64,000 bases of DNA from IMG/VR virus record IMGVR_UViG_3300031519_004559, one strand, 5' to 3'. Shown here in pieces: positions 38,207 through 46,518 of the stretch. The DNA comes from a virus. The notes under the pieces are model-generated. The model was not told where the DNA came from. It saw nothing but the letters and a program-made list of their open reading frames with translations, and made no database searches. The position numbers were made by a program, and so were the translations under genes. How positions within the stretch are numbered: the first letter of the stretch is position 1; the number at the start of each line of letters is the position of its first letter.

Positions 38207-38778
38207 TTAATACTCGCCTTATGATGATCTGCGTGATTGCCTTCAAACGGTGCAATGAGATTGATCCATATTCTATTAATAGGCCCATTTAAGTTATGTC
38301 CCCAAAGATTAAGTGTACCATAACCTAAGTATGCTAGTGAAAATACTATGCTGTGTACTATAAGACTGTTAACGCCAAACACTGCAAAAAATAATAACTG
38401 ATGAACAATAAAAATGTATGTGCCGTATTTGTGAAAAAATATTACACGTTTGTTACGTAGTAAGTCTTTTACAAATTTACGCGGCAATGATTCAACTTTC
38501 CATAAACTAAAAAGTATCTTCCACCACGGATGATTTTTTGAACTATGAGGGTCTAATTCTGTATCAGCATACATATGATGCATACGATGCACACCTGCCC
38601 AGCCTAATACGCTTCGACCTCCGCAGAGCAATCCACAATAAAGCATTATTACTTCTTGCCAAGGTGCTGCATTAAATTCTTTATGTGAAAAATATCTGTG
38701 ATACCCTAGAGTTATTCCGATAACAGCCAAGGTCATATAAAGAAAATAGGCAGATAAAAGTATTAAGTATGTTTCCAT
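38203..38778 (-). CDS. Delta-9-type fatty acid desaturase
   Basis: Three His boxes HRYFSH, HRMHH..D..DPHS, EGNHADHH; hydrophobic segments. Confidence 0.9.
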   Translation of the reverse strand: METYLILLSAYFLYMTLAVIGITLGYHRYFSHKEFNAAPWQEVIMLYCGLLCGGRSVLGWAGVHRMHHMYADTELDPHSSKNHPWWKILFSLWKVESLPRKFVKDLLRNKRVIFFHKYGTYIFIVHQLLFFAVFGVNSLIVHSIVFSLAYLGYGTLNLWGHNLNGPINRIWINLIAPFEGNHADHHKASIK

Positions 38779-38783
38779 ACAAA

Positions 38784-38790
38784 TACTTAT
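38784..38790 (-). promoter_or_regulatory. Late promoter-like motif ATAAGTA
   Basis: Intergenic; 5 nt before the desaturase ATG; no Shine-Dalgarno. Confidence 0.45.
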
Positions 38791-38823
38791 CTGCCTATTA
38801 AATTACTAATGCAATAAGTGAAG

Positions 38824-39978
38824 TTAGATCAAGCTGGCCCAAGCACCGTTTTCGTAGCCTTGGAATTTGTTTAATGTAGTGTTATAAATGACCATGCCGT
38901 TAGCTGCTGTAATGGCATCACGTACGGCAGTAGTCATACTGCCAAACTGTACAAAACTGCCTACTGTTATAGTGCTGTTAATTGCATCAACTATAGTAGT
39001 TGAATCATCAGCAACTAATGAACCTCTAAACGATGCAGCATCAATTACGCCTGAAATTATTGCATTACCGTCGACCTGCAATGCTTCAGTTGGTTCAGTG
39101 AATACAGTGTTAGTTGGATTAATACGCAGCTTCATGCCGCCGTGTACTGAATGTGTTTCGTATATTGTTACACCCTTAGCACCGTTATCAGCAGCAGTTA
39201 TATATATGTTGCCCTGTCTGCCTTGAATTATGGCTTTGCTTACATCCTGATCTTGGAAAACTAGTTGTCCTAATATAGTATTAGCAGATGCGCCAACAGC
39301 GTTATAATTAAGACGTAAGTTTGATCCAGTTGCATTAGAAACTATTGCATCGCCTGTTGTAACCCTTGTATTATTAACATCAGCTACAACAAGATTATTA
39401 ACACCATCAACCATTAGTGTTGAATTGTCAGCAAATAAACTACCGTTTACATCACCTTCTAATGTTCCTACAAATATGCCAGAGAATTGATTTGTTGTTT
39501 GGTTCCAAGATACTGTACTATCATCAGCAATTAAATCACCTTGTATACTATCTGCTTGTATATGTCCTAGAACATCTAAGGAACTAAAAAATCCAGTGTT
39601 CCAACGTGCTATGTTTGAACCTTGATTGTATGCTACTGATACATCTGGGATCAATGCACCTTGTACTACGCCGCCTACAGCAATAATATCACCGCCGGCG
39701 CCATCGCCTAAGTTAATATTACCTGATGCTGTAACTGTACCTGTAATGTTTATATTACCTGTACCTGTAATGTTGTTGCCATTTAAATCTAGGTTGCCAC
39801 CTAGTTGTGGTGTAGTATCGTCTACAATGTCGTTTTGCCCGGTAACAATGTTACCTCCGACCGTAGAACCATCGCCTACCCACACTTTCTTAGTGTCAGT
39901 GGTGTATACTAGTTCACCGGCTACGGGCGTAATCGCAGTTCGTTCTGCGTTCGTACCTCTTCTTAATTTTAGGGCCAT
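38824..39978 (-). CDS. Tail fibre-like virion protein with Mtd_N-like N-terminus
   Basis: MALKLRRGT..R..P..GEL.YTTDTKK..VGDG; DTTPQLGGNLD; three G(D/S)L.AD(D/N)ST repeats; C-terminal NGMVIYNTT..KFQGY. Confidence 0.75.
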   Translation of the reverse strand: MALKLRRGTNAERTAITPVAGELVYTTDTKKVWVGDGSTVGGNIVTGQNDIVDDTTPQLGGNLDLNGNNITGTGNINITGTVTASGNINLGDGAGGDIIAVGGVVQGALIPDVSVAYNQGSNIARWNTGFFSSLDVLGHIQADSIQGDLIADDSTVSWNQTTNQFSGIFVGTLEGDVNGSLFADNSTLMVDGVNNLVVADVNNTRVTTGDAIVSNATGSNLRLNYNAVGASANTILGQLVFQDQDVSKAIIQGRQGNIYITAADNGAKGVTIYETHSVHGGMKLRINPTNTVFTEPTEALQVDGNAIISGVIDAASFRGSLVADDSTTIVDAINSTITVGSFVQFGSMTTAVRDAITAANGMVIYNTTLNKFQGYENGAWASLI

Positions 39979-40003
39979 ATTTAACTCCTGGACTGTCTAC
40001 ATG

Positions 40004-40011
40004 TATTTATA
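40004..40011 (-). promoter_or_regulatory. T4 late promoter TATAAATA
   Basis: Exact T4 late consensus upstream of the fibre gene and its AGGAG RBS. Confidence 0.7.
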
Positions 40012-40027
40012 CAAAATGCCAAACAAA

Positions 40028-40348
40028 TTACTTTCGACGCTTCATAAAGGATCGTGTCCGTCCTTGGATATCTGCTTTAATCTTAACAGTGTCAAGCCTA
40101 AAGTCAACGTTGTCAATATTTTCTTCGTAATTATTAAACAACTCTTCTAAAGAATTTTCAATGTCTTCGGCATTTTCTTTTTCTCTAGACTTAGCAACGT
40201 CAATGTCCCATACCTTACCATCGGTAAAGAACACTCGGACGCTATGCAGATATTTTACTGGTACAACTTTAATATCTACATCTCGAAATACTTCAGGCCA
40301 ATGATCTATAATGTCCTGTGGTAACTTCTTATTTTTGGGTTTAGGCAC
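40028..40348 (-). CDS. Hypothetical protein
   Basis: 106-aa ORF in an operon-like run. Confidence 0.7.
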   Translation of the reverse strand: MPKPKNKKLPQDIIDHWPEVFRDVDIKVVPVKYLHSVRVFFTDGKVWDIDVAKSREKENAEDIENSLEELFNNYEENIDNVDFRLDTVKIKADIQGRTRSFMKRRK

Positions 40349-40949
40349 TGGCCGTTACAGACTTTTTCTTCTTAGTCGGAACTAGTTCTTCTGCTTGCCT
40401 ACGTAGTGCGGCCGCTTCTTTGCTCATACGATCTGCTTGCGAACGAAACTGTGCTGCTAATGCTGCATCATCAAGTACTTCGTCACTGGCTGTTGCTGGT
40501 GCAGTATCTTCAATAACTGGCATTTCGTTTACTTTTGCTACTTCTGTAACTGTAGCTGCTCCGCCAGCATCGATAGCTGCAAGATCTTCAATGCCAACTC
40601 CGCGTTGTTCAGCAATCATTTTATTTAGATCGTCTAACGGAATAATGTCACTTCTATTAGGTGTCATTTCTACTAGGCTAGTTGGGACCTTTTGAATCTT
40701 TCCTGTAACATGAAATGCTGGTAACATAATTCTACCATCAGGTAGTCTTGCTCTAGCCATTGCATTTGCAAATACATCTTCATTTTGTCCGCCGTCACTT
40801 TCGATCAGCTTCATTAATGCATCATGTTCTTCTGCCATTAAATTTTCTGTAGTTACTACAAGACAATTTTCAGGTTCACCTGGAACAGTTCTATATGCAA
40901 CAATTACTTTTCTTTGGTTCGTCTTAATTCTGCCAACGTGCTTATACAT
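40341..40949 (-). CDS. Hypothetical protein
   Basis: 202-aa ORF with GGAG RBS and a coiled-coil C-terminus. Confidence 0.75.
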   Translation of the reverse strand: MYKHVGRIKTNQRKVIVAYRTVPGEPENCLVVTTENLMAEEHDALMKLIESDGGQNEDVFANAMARARLPDGRIMLPAFHVTGKIQKVPTSLVEMTPNRSDIIPLDDLNKMIAEQRGVGIEDLAAIDAGGAATVTEVAKVNEMPVIEDTAPATASDEVLDDAALAAQFRSQADRMSKEAAALRRQAEELVPTKKKKSVTASA

Positions 40950-41179
40950 TATTTTTCTCCTTCAGCTTCGCCTTGCGATTGCTGTTGTGCCACTGCCGCT
41001 AGAAATGTTTCTAACTTCGTGTATGTTGTACCGACTACAGTCATTTCACCAGGCTTAAAAGCGCCTCGTTGACTTGCTACATCGATGATTTGTTTGATAT
41101 TACCTAAGTCTTGAACTGTAAGTTCGACTGGTGTTTCAGTTTGCGCATTTGCGGTTGCTGATGTTGTTTCTTCGGTCAT
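40949..41179 (-). CDS. Hypothetical protein
   Basis: 76-aa ORF with AAGGAG RBS. Confidence 0.7.
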   Translation of the reverse strand: MTEETTSATANAQTETPVELTVQDLGNIKQIIDVASQRGAFKPGEMTVVGTTYTKLETFLAAVAQQQSQGEAEGEK

Positions 41180-41220
41180 AGTTTTTTTAACTCCTTGTAC
41201 TATTAATTATTCAAAAATAT

Positions 41221-41526
41221 TTACTTATATTTCAAAAGTGGACAAGCCAATGTGAAATATGATAGTTCTTTCGGGTCTTCGAAACCTACTTTAAGTATAG
41301 TTTCTATTGATCGTGTTTCGTTTACAGCTATCGAACGTCCTACATAGTACCGACCTTTTAAATGGTCTGCAATCCAATTTGAAATACTATCTGATAAATT
41401 GTAGGTTAGTGGAAGTTTTATATATTCAAAATGTGCAGGAGGAGAACTAGTCTTCCTGCACTTAAAAACTTCTAATCGATTTGGTTGTTTTGATTTAAGC
41501 AGCATCATAATGTACTGTAGTCCCAA
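41221..41526 (-). CDS. Hypothetical protein
   Basis: Fills the gap downstream of the VWA gene; true start is probably the internal ATG (MMLLK). Confidence 0.6.
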   Translation of the reverse strand: MGLQYIMMLLKSKQPNRLEVFKCRKTSSPPAHFEYIKLPLTYNLSDSISNWIADHLKGRYYVGRSIAVNETRSIETILKVGFEDPKELSYFTLACPLLKYK

Positions 41527-42769
41527 ATGGTGCTTGCAGTGCCTTGTCGTTATTAGAATGTATTACAAACACTGTGTCGCAATAATCTTCGTCGCCCCAG
41601 CCGTCCCAGGTATATCCGTCTGTAAACATAATAAACTTCTTAGGTTGTATATCTTGCTCTTTCATGTATGTCCAGTTTACAGAAAAATCAGTTCCGCCAC
41701 CGCCCATAATTTCGTAGTCAACTAAGTCTTCGCCGTCGTCTGCACTATAGTCTTGTTCGTTATATACTTTAGTATCAAAGCACCACAATTTAATGTTGTA
41801 GTCTCTGTACTCGTCCATAATGCCTTGTACTTCACTTAAAAAGTCACGTCCTTGAATTTCACCAATTGACCCCGACATATCAATGCTAATGCACAAGTCG
41901 ATAGTTTCATCAAAATTCATACCTGGAAGTATTGCACCTGTATGCCAACCTTTGCGTGATGGACGACTAAACGTGTAGTCACAACGTATTGTGCTTTGAA
42001 TCTGTTGACGTAGTATTTCACGCCAGTTCATTTTAGGTTCAGTAAGGTCTTTAATCATACGTGCAATTTCACCCGGAACATTACCTGCACCTGATGCTTG
42101 AGCGGCTGACATCATGCTTTCTTTGATCTCTTCTTTGATCTTGCGCATTTCATCTTTTGAATATTTAGGTTGCGCTTTGCCTCCGTTGCCACCTTCTTCA
42201 GGACCTTCGCCTTCGCTGTCGCCTTCCCAGTCAAGATGTTCGTCTAACATTTCACCCAGTTGCTTTAAATATTCTTCACCGTTTTGTTTTGCTTTTTCAA
42301 ATAGTTCATCATAAACAGATTCTGAACTCCAGTTATCGTATTTAAAGTCTTGGTAACAATCTACTACTTTAGGCTTTTCACCAATGCGATCACGTACAAG
42401 TAAGTTGTTTACAATGTAGTCTGCAGCAATATTATAGATCATAGGATCACGGTCATCTCTGCGGCCTAAGTGATCAAATACGCAATGTAGGATTTCGTGT
42501 GCAATGACAAATTCAATTTCTCTATTTGTCATTGCATTAAAGAATTGTGTGTTAAAATACAAGTGACGCCCGTCAGTTGCCGCTGTAGGACACCAATCGT
42601 CACACGGTAAAATTTTAAGGCGTGTTGCCATATTACCAAAGAACGGATGACGGAGTAGCAAACCTACTCTAGCAACAATAATGTCTTCCATTACTTTTGT
42701 GCGCATTATAGCTAATGCTTCTGGTGTAATATCCGGATCTGCTGTAAATCCTTTAATGTCTATGCCCAT
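41495..42769 (-). CDS. Metallopeptidase-VWA domain protein (DUF2201-like)
   Basis: TAATDG, HEILH (HExxH), IDMSGS MIDAS motif, GGGGT, FTDGY. Confidence 0.85.
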   Translation of the reverse strand: MGIDIKGFTADPDITPEALAIMRTKVMEDIIVARVGLLLRHPFFGNMATRLKILPCDDWCPTAATDGRHLYFNTQFFNAMTNREIEFVIAHEILHCVFDHLGRRDDRDPMIYNIAADYIVNNLLVRDRIGEKPKVVDCYQDFKYDNWSSESVYDELFEKAKQNGEEYLKQLGEMLDEHLDWEGDSEGEGPEEGGNGGKAQPKYSKDEMRKIKEEIKESMMSAAQASGAGNVPGEIARMIKDLTEPKMNWREILRQQIQSTIRCDYTFSRPSRKGWHTGAILPGMNFDETIDLCISIDMSGSIGEIQGRDFLSEVQGIMDEYRDYNIKLWCFDTKVYNEQDYSADDGEDLVDYEIMGGGGTDFSVNWTYMKEQDIQPKKFIMFTDGYTWDGWGDEDYCDTVFVIHSNNDKALQAPFGTTVHYDAA

Positions 42770-42803
42770 AACGTTAACTCCTATAATGCTTTATTGTTCT
42801 TAC

Positions 42804-42832
42804 AGTATACTATATTTAACAATAGATGTCAA
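42804..42832 (-). promoter_or_regulatory. sigma70 promoter TTGACA-17-TATACT
   Basis: Read on the minus strand, upstream of the VWA gene. Confidence 0.85.
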
Positions 42833-42838
42833 GCGTAA

Positions 42839-42864
42839 TTGGGCGTTTTGAAGAGATCGCCCAA
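42839..42864 (-). terminator. Stem-loop after the AAA+ ATPase (possible terminator or processing site)
   Basis: TTGGGCG/CGCCCAA 7-bp stem with 12-nt loop; weak U-tract. Confidence 0.4.
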
Positions 42865-42874
42865 ACTCTTACGT

Positions 42875-43963
42875 CTATGCTTCTTGTGCTTTGGTAATAT
42901 ACTTGCCAAAGCGTTCATGGAACTCATCAAAGCATTCTACTTCGTCTGGGTCAATTGGTAACGCATATTGCGTAAGGGCTAACTTAATACCCATTACAAC
43001 TAACTCAGTTTCGAAGTTATCCATCATAAAGCGTAGGTAGTTATTAACTTTATCGTCAAACTTCTTATCGCCTTTGTCGGATGCTTCTTTAAGTTCGTAG
43101 CAGAGCGAGACTGTTAAGGAATACATGGCACTGATTTCTTTAGTCTTAAGCTCTTTAACCTTTCCTGCTAAAATGTCAGTTGGGTTAGGCATAGACGCTG
43201 CTACCTTGCGGTGAGCAACAAACTTTATTCCAAGTCCTTCGCCTACAGCACCTGATACAAGATCAGTTGTTGTTTCTTCATCTAGGTCATCTTCTAGTAA
43301 TTCTGATACAAACGACCATGTTCGAGGTGTTGCAAAAGAACGACTTGGACTCTTAGGATCAAAATCGTAAAGATCTTTTTTGCTAAATGTTAAGTAACCA
43401 ACAACATCTGCATGGATATTATTTGCTACAGCCCAAGCAAAGTAATCGTCCCAGTCAACTGCTAGTTCAATATGTACAAATCTGTTTGCTAACGGAGCAG
43501 GCATTCTATAAGTAACACCTTTGTCAGCATCTCGGTTACCAGCTGCAACAATTAGTACGTTATCTGGTAACTTATAAGCACCGACTTTACGGTTTAAAAT
43601 AAGCTGATAAGCCGCCGCCTGTACTGCCGGAGCCGCTGAATTCATTTCGTCTAAGAACAATACAATCCAATCATATTGTGCTGCAAATTCTGCTGTTGGT
43701 AATTCTTGTGGCGGTGCCCATGCCATCACATTATCGTTTGCTGCATAGTACGGAATACCTTTAATATCTGTAGGTTCCCAAAGCGACAAGCGAATATCAA
43801 TTAAGTGTGAATTAGGAAGTTCTCTAGTTACTTGCCCGACAATGTCGGATTTACCAATACCCGGAGGACCCCACATAAAGATAGGACGTTGCTTTTTGAA
43901 AGCATGCCTAATACTCTTCTTTGCACGGTTGGGTGATACAGTTCGAATTGCTACGTTTTCCAT
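42875..43963 (-). CDS. MoxR-like AAA+ ATPase
   Basis: Walker A GPPGIGKS, Walker B LFLDE, AAGN, PLANRF, TPRTW. Start set to ATG 43963. Confidence 0.9.
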   Translation of the reverse strand: MENVAIRTVSPNRAKKSIRHAFKKQRPIFMWGPPGIGKSDIVGQVTRELPNSHLIDIRLSLWEPTDIKGIPYYAANDNVMAWAPPQELPTAEFAAQYDWIVLFLDEMNSAAPAVQAAAYQLILNRKVGAYKLPDNVLIVAAGNRDADKGVTYRMPAPLANRFVHIELAVDWDDYFAWAVANNIHADVVGYLTFSKKDLYDFDPKSPSRSFATPRTWSFVSELLEDDLDEETTTDLVSGAVGEGLGIKFVAHRKVAASMPNPTDILAGKVKELKTKEISAMYSLTVSLCYELKEASDKGDKKFDDKVNNYLRFMMDNFETELVVMGIKLALTQYALPIDPDEVECFDEFHERFGKYITKAQEA

Positions 43964-44018
43964 TTTGTATTCCTCTTTAGTTTCTATCAGTGCCATACTG
44001 TTTTATTAGTATGTGTAT

Positions 44019-44047
44019 ATTATAGCACCAACTACACTAATGGTCAA
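44019..44047 (-). promoter_or_regulatory. sigma70 promoter TTGACC-17-TATAAT with extended -10 TG
   Basis: Read on the minus strand, upstream of the ATPase. Confidence 0.85.
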
Positions 44048-44439
44048 CCACTTTTGGAATCTTTTTGTCTATTCATTGCTTTTATTAGGCCATATTTTCT
44101 AACATCGCCACTAAACAAATGAAGTTCCATAGCTTTTTTTTCGTTAGTAACAGTAATGCCTGTCTTGTCAAAGTAGTACGGGCAGTCTATAAACTGATCC
44201 ATCCATATAATAACATTAGTAGTGAATTCAAACCCTTTTGGATACGGCACTGCATACATCTGTAATTCAAGTTCTTCTGTTACAAATGCATATCCTGCGT
44301 CTGTAAGACGAAGTCCGCCTGTATCTTTTGATCTAGTGTTTTGCCACCAGGACGACATATACTCAGTAAGACTTGCTTCGTGTACAGCCTTACCGGAATT
44401 CTTTAGAAAAATCTTAGTGTAAGTTTCTTTCCAGTTCAT
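44044..44439 (-). CDS. Hypothetical protein
   Basis: 131-aa ORF; WW.N.R..GGLRLT motif. Confidence 0.75.
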   Translation of the reverse strand: MNWKETYTKIFLKNSGKAVHEASLTEYMSSWWQNTRSKDTGGLRLTDAGYAFVTEELELQMYAVPYPKGFEFTTNVIIWMDQFIDCPYYFDKTGITVTNEKKAMELHLFSGDVRKYGLIKAMNRQKDSKSG

Positions 44440-44732
44440 TAGTCAACCAGTGGAACATTCTCACCTGCAGATAGCTTTACAACAGTAAAGTTCTCACAGC
44501 TGAATAAATCATTAAGTTTTTTAGCTAAATTAATAGCATGTCCTGGGTTAGAGAAGGATACTTTCTTATACTTAGGCCCTGGATAGTTTGTTAAACTATG
44601 TGATGATTTAAGATTAAATGGTTTGTTGTTATAGAATACTGCCCATATAGCATCAGCATCGAGTATTTGCTCGCTTTTATAGGTCTTTTTATCTATAAAT
44701 TCTAATAAAACCGTTGGTTTTGGTCTGCTCAT
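44439..44732 (-). CDS. Hypothetical protein
   Basis: 97-aa ORF with AAGGA RBS; start codon lies in an 8-bp inverted repeat. Confidence 0.75.
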   Translation of the reverse strand: MSRPKPTVLLEFIDKKTYKSEQILDADAIWAVFYNNKPFNLKSSHSLTNYPGPKYKKVSFSNPGHAINLAKKLNDLFSCENFTVVKLSAGENVPLVD

Positions 44733-44768
44733 ATACGTTGTCCTTTAATAAACTACGTATATATTTAG
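44731..44768 (-). promoter_or_regulatory. Late promoter-like CTAAATA overlapping a start-codon-occluding hairpin
   Basis: ATATACGT (44731-44738) / ACGTATAT (44755-44762); TAAATA at 44762-44767 on the minus strand. Confidence 0.5.
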
Positions 44769-44774
44769 CTATTT

Positions 44775-45014
44775 TTACCAACCTTTGCCACCGTCCATTT
44801 GAACTTCGATGACTTCGTTGTCGGTATTGCCCTGTTTTGCCAGTAAACTTTCTAAGTCTCCGTTGAGTCTAGCCATTACTTCGCCTAGTGTAAATGCTAG
44901 ACGCTTAGCCTGCTGGATGTCTAATGTGACATCTCTAGCCCTACTAGCGTCAGCACTTCTTACTTGAGATATAAACTGCTGTATAGACGCAGTGTTAAGC
45001 GGCTCATTTAGCAT
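44775..45014 (-). CDS. Hypothetical protein
   Basis: 79-aa ORF ending MDGGKGW. Confidence 0.7.
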   Translation of the reverse strand: MLNEPLNTASIQQFISQVRSADASRARDVTLDIQQAKRLAFTLGEVMARLNGDLESLLAKQGNTDNEVIEVQMDGGKGW

Positions 45015-45468
45015 TTGCTTTACTCAATTCTGTACGCATTTCGATTGCTGTAGTAAAAGGTCCTTTATATGCATAACGTTCAATAGTAATTGATTTAGGA
45101 CAAAAGCTCTTAACCCAGCCTTTTTCAAATTGAATAATATAAAATCCTGCACAGTACAAACTTTTAGATTTATCGCTTTTTGTAAACAACGGTAGTTTCT
45201 GTTTAATATCATAAAGTGGATTATGCGGTTTGCAACTTGTAGGAAAGCCGTGAACTTCGTCTAGTGTGACTTCTGTAATTTCTAGCGCACTCCAGTTAAC
45301 AGTCCCTAAGTCTTTTTCTAACGCTCTTTTGTCATCAACAAATCTTGTGCCATTTGCATCAGTTACCATATACTTTTCATCTGAGTAAGCAAGGGTTGCA
45401 ACCTTGTTACCTTCGCTTTCGAGTATCCAAAACTTTCCGTCTATAATTTCTTTTGCTTTTAGTGTCAT
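45004..45468 (-). CDS. Hypothetical protein
   Basis: 154-aa ORF; LPLFTKS.KSKS.YCAG..SFCPK..GPF. Confidence 0.75.
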   Translation of the reverse strand: MTLKAKEIIDGKFWILESEGNKVATLAYSDEKYMVTDANGTRFVDDKRALEKDLGTVNWSALEITEVTLDEVHGFPTSCKPHNPLYDIKQKLPLFTKSDKSKSLYCAGFYIIQFEKGWVKSFCPKSITIERYAYKGPFTTAIEMRTELSKANAK

Positions 45469-46451
45469 CCTATATACCTCGCTTGTAGCGGCTCCGCATA
45501 ACTTTGAGCCTGTTCACTCATTCGCTGGAGATCCCACTTAGCGCAAAACTTCATAAGACGCATTCCAACTTGTGATATTTGTTTAGGTTGTGCTGCGTCT
45601 TCAATAACATCATTAATAATACTTCTAATATTACCAGGTTGTGCCGTTAAGTCGCATAATACAACGTTTCGATTGTAGTCATCTAGTACACGATGTTCTA
45701 CACCTTCATGATCTACCCAACGCTGTAGCATCATGTTATTCCAGTTGTATCCTTTAGCACCTTTATCTTCATATGCTTCAATAAGTCCAACTTTGTTCTT
45801 AGTACCTTTCTTACGTACACCAGGATAAGCACTAAACACGTTATCACTAGTATCACCACGCATACACTTTTCAAACAACATAAAGTCAGGATGCGGTGCA
45901 GGCTTAGGCTCTTGTGTCTTCTTATCAATTACACGGTTACCTTTCTTATCAAAGTAACCTTCGTGTGTAATAGTAGTCTCAGATACACCGTTATACTGCT
46001 TACAATTAGGAGCAATAAGTTGTGCAAAGTCGCCATCTGTGCTAATAATAACATGATTATCGTTAGGGTGTGCTTGTACCCAACCAGCAATAAGATCATC
46101 TGCTTCTAGTTGCTTGTGTTGCATAACTGTACAATTAGTCTTTGTATCGACGAAATCTTTAAATGTATCAAACGCCTCCCAAAACAGTGTCTCTTCTTCT
46201 TGTTGTGCTTCTGTAAGTGCATCTCGAGATACTTTGCGGTTGCGTTTATAAGGAGCATAAACATCTTTGCGCCAGCTACGACCTTCTAAACAGAACACAA
46301 CATGATCAGCCTTAAAGTCCTGCCATGCCTTTCTAACACCAGCAAGTGTGATATGAAACGCCATACCTATCTTTGTATCTAAGTCGCCTCGAATAACGTG
46401 CCTTGCACGAAAGAATGTATTTGCTGTGTCTACTAGTACATAAGTTGCCAT
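45465..46451 (-). CDS. rnh: T4-type RNase H / 5'-3' exonuclease (FEN-like)
   Basis: LVD, SWRK..YK.NR, EADD, STDGDF.QL, GDTSDN motifs. Confidence 0.9.
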   Translation of the reverse strand: MATYVLVDTANTFFRARHVIRGDLDTKIGMAFHITLAGVRKAWQDFKADHVVFCLEGRSWRKDVYAPYKRNRKVSRDALTEAQQEEETLFWEAFDTFKDFVDTKTNCTVMQHKQLEADDLIAGWVQAHPNDNHVIISTDGDFAQLIAPNCKQYNGVSETTITHEGYFDKKGNRVIDKKTQEPKPAPHPDFMLFEKCMRGDTSDNVFSAYPGVRKKGTKNKVGLIEAYEDKGAKGYNWNNMMLQRWVDHEGVEHRVLDDYNRNVVLCDLTAQPGNIRSIINDVIEDAAQPKQISQVGMRLMKFCAKWDLQRMSEQAQSYAEPLQARYIG

Positions 46452-46483
46452 TATATTGCCTTGTTTAAGTTGCGTTGTATATT

Positions 46484-46512
46484 ATTATACACGAGTTTGC
46501 GATAGATGTCAA
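46484..46512 (-). promoter_or_regulatory. sigma70 promoter TTGACA-17-TATAAT
   Basis: Perfect consensus upstream of RNase H. Confidence 0.9.
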
Positions 46513-46518
46513 GTAAAA

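Noticed and set aside
6173-38778. Bacterial chromosomal LPS/capsule or secondary-metabolite locus
   Set aside because: Flanked by phage fibre genes and T4-like replication genes with phage promoter motifs; no flippase, polymerase, exporter or regulator is present.
38824-39978. Diversity-generating retroelement target (Mtd-like N-terminus)
   Set aside because: No reverse transcriptase, no TR/VR repeat pair seen and no C-type lectin-like C-terminus in the window.
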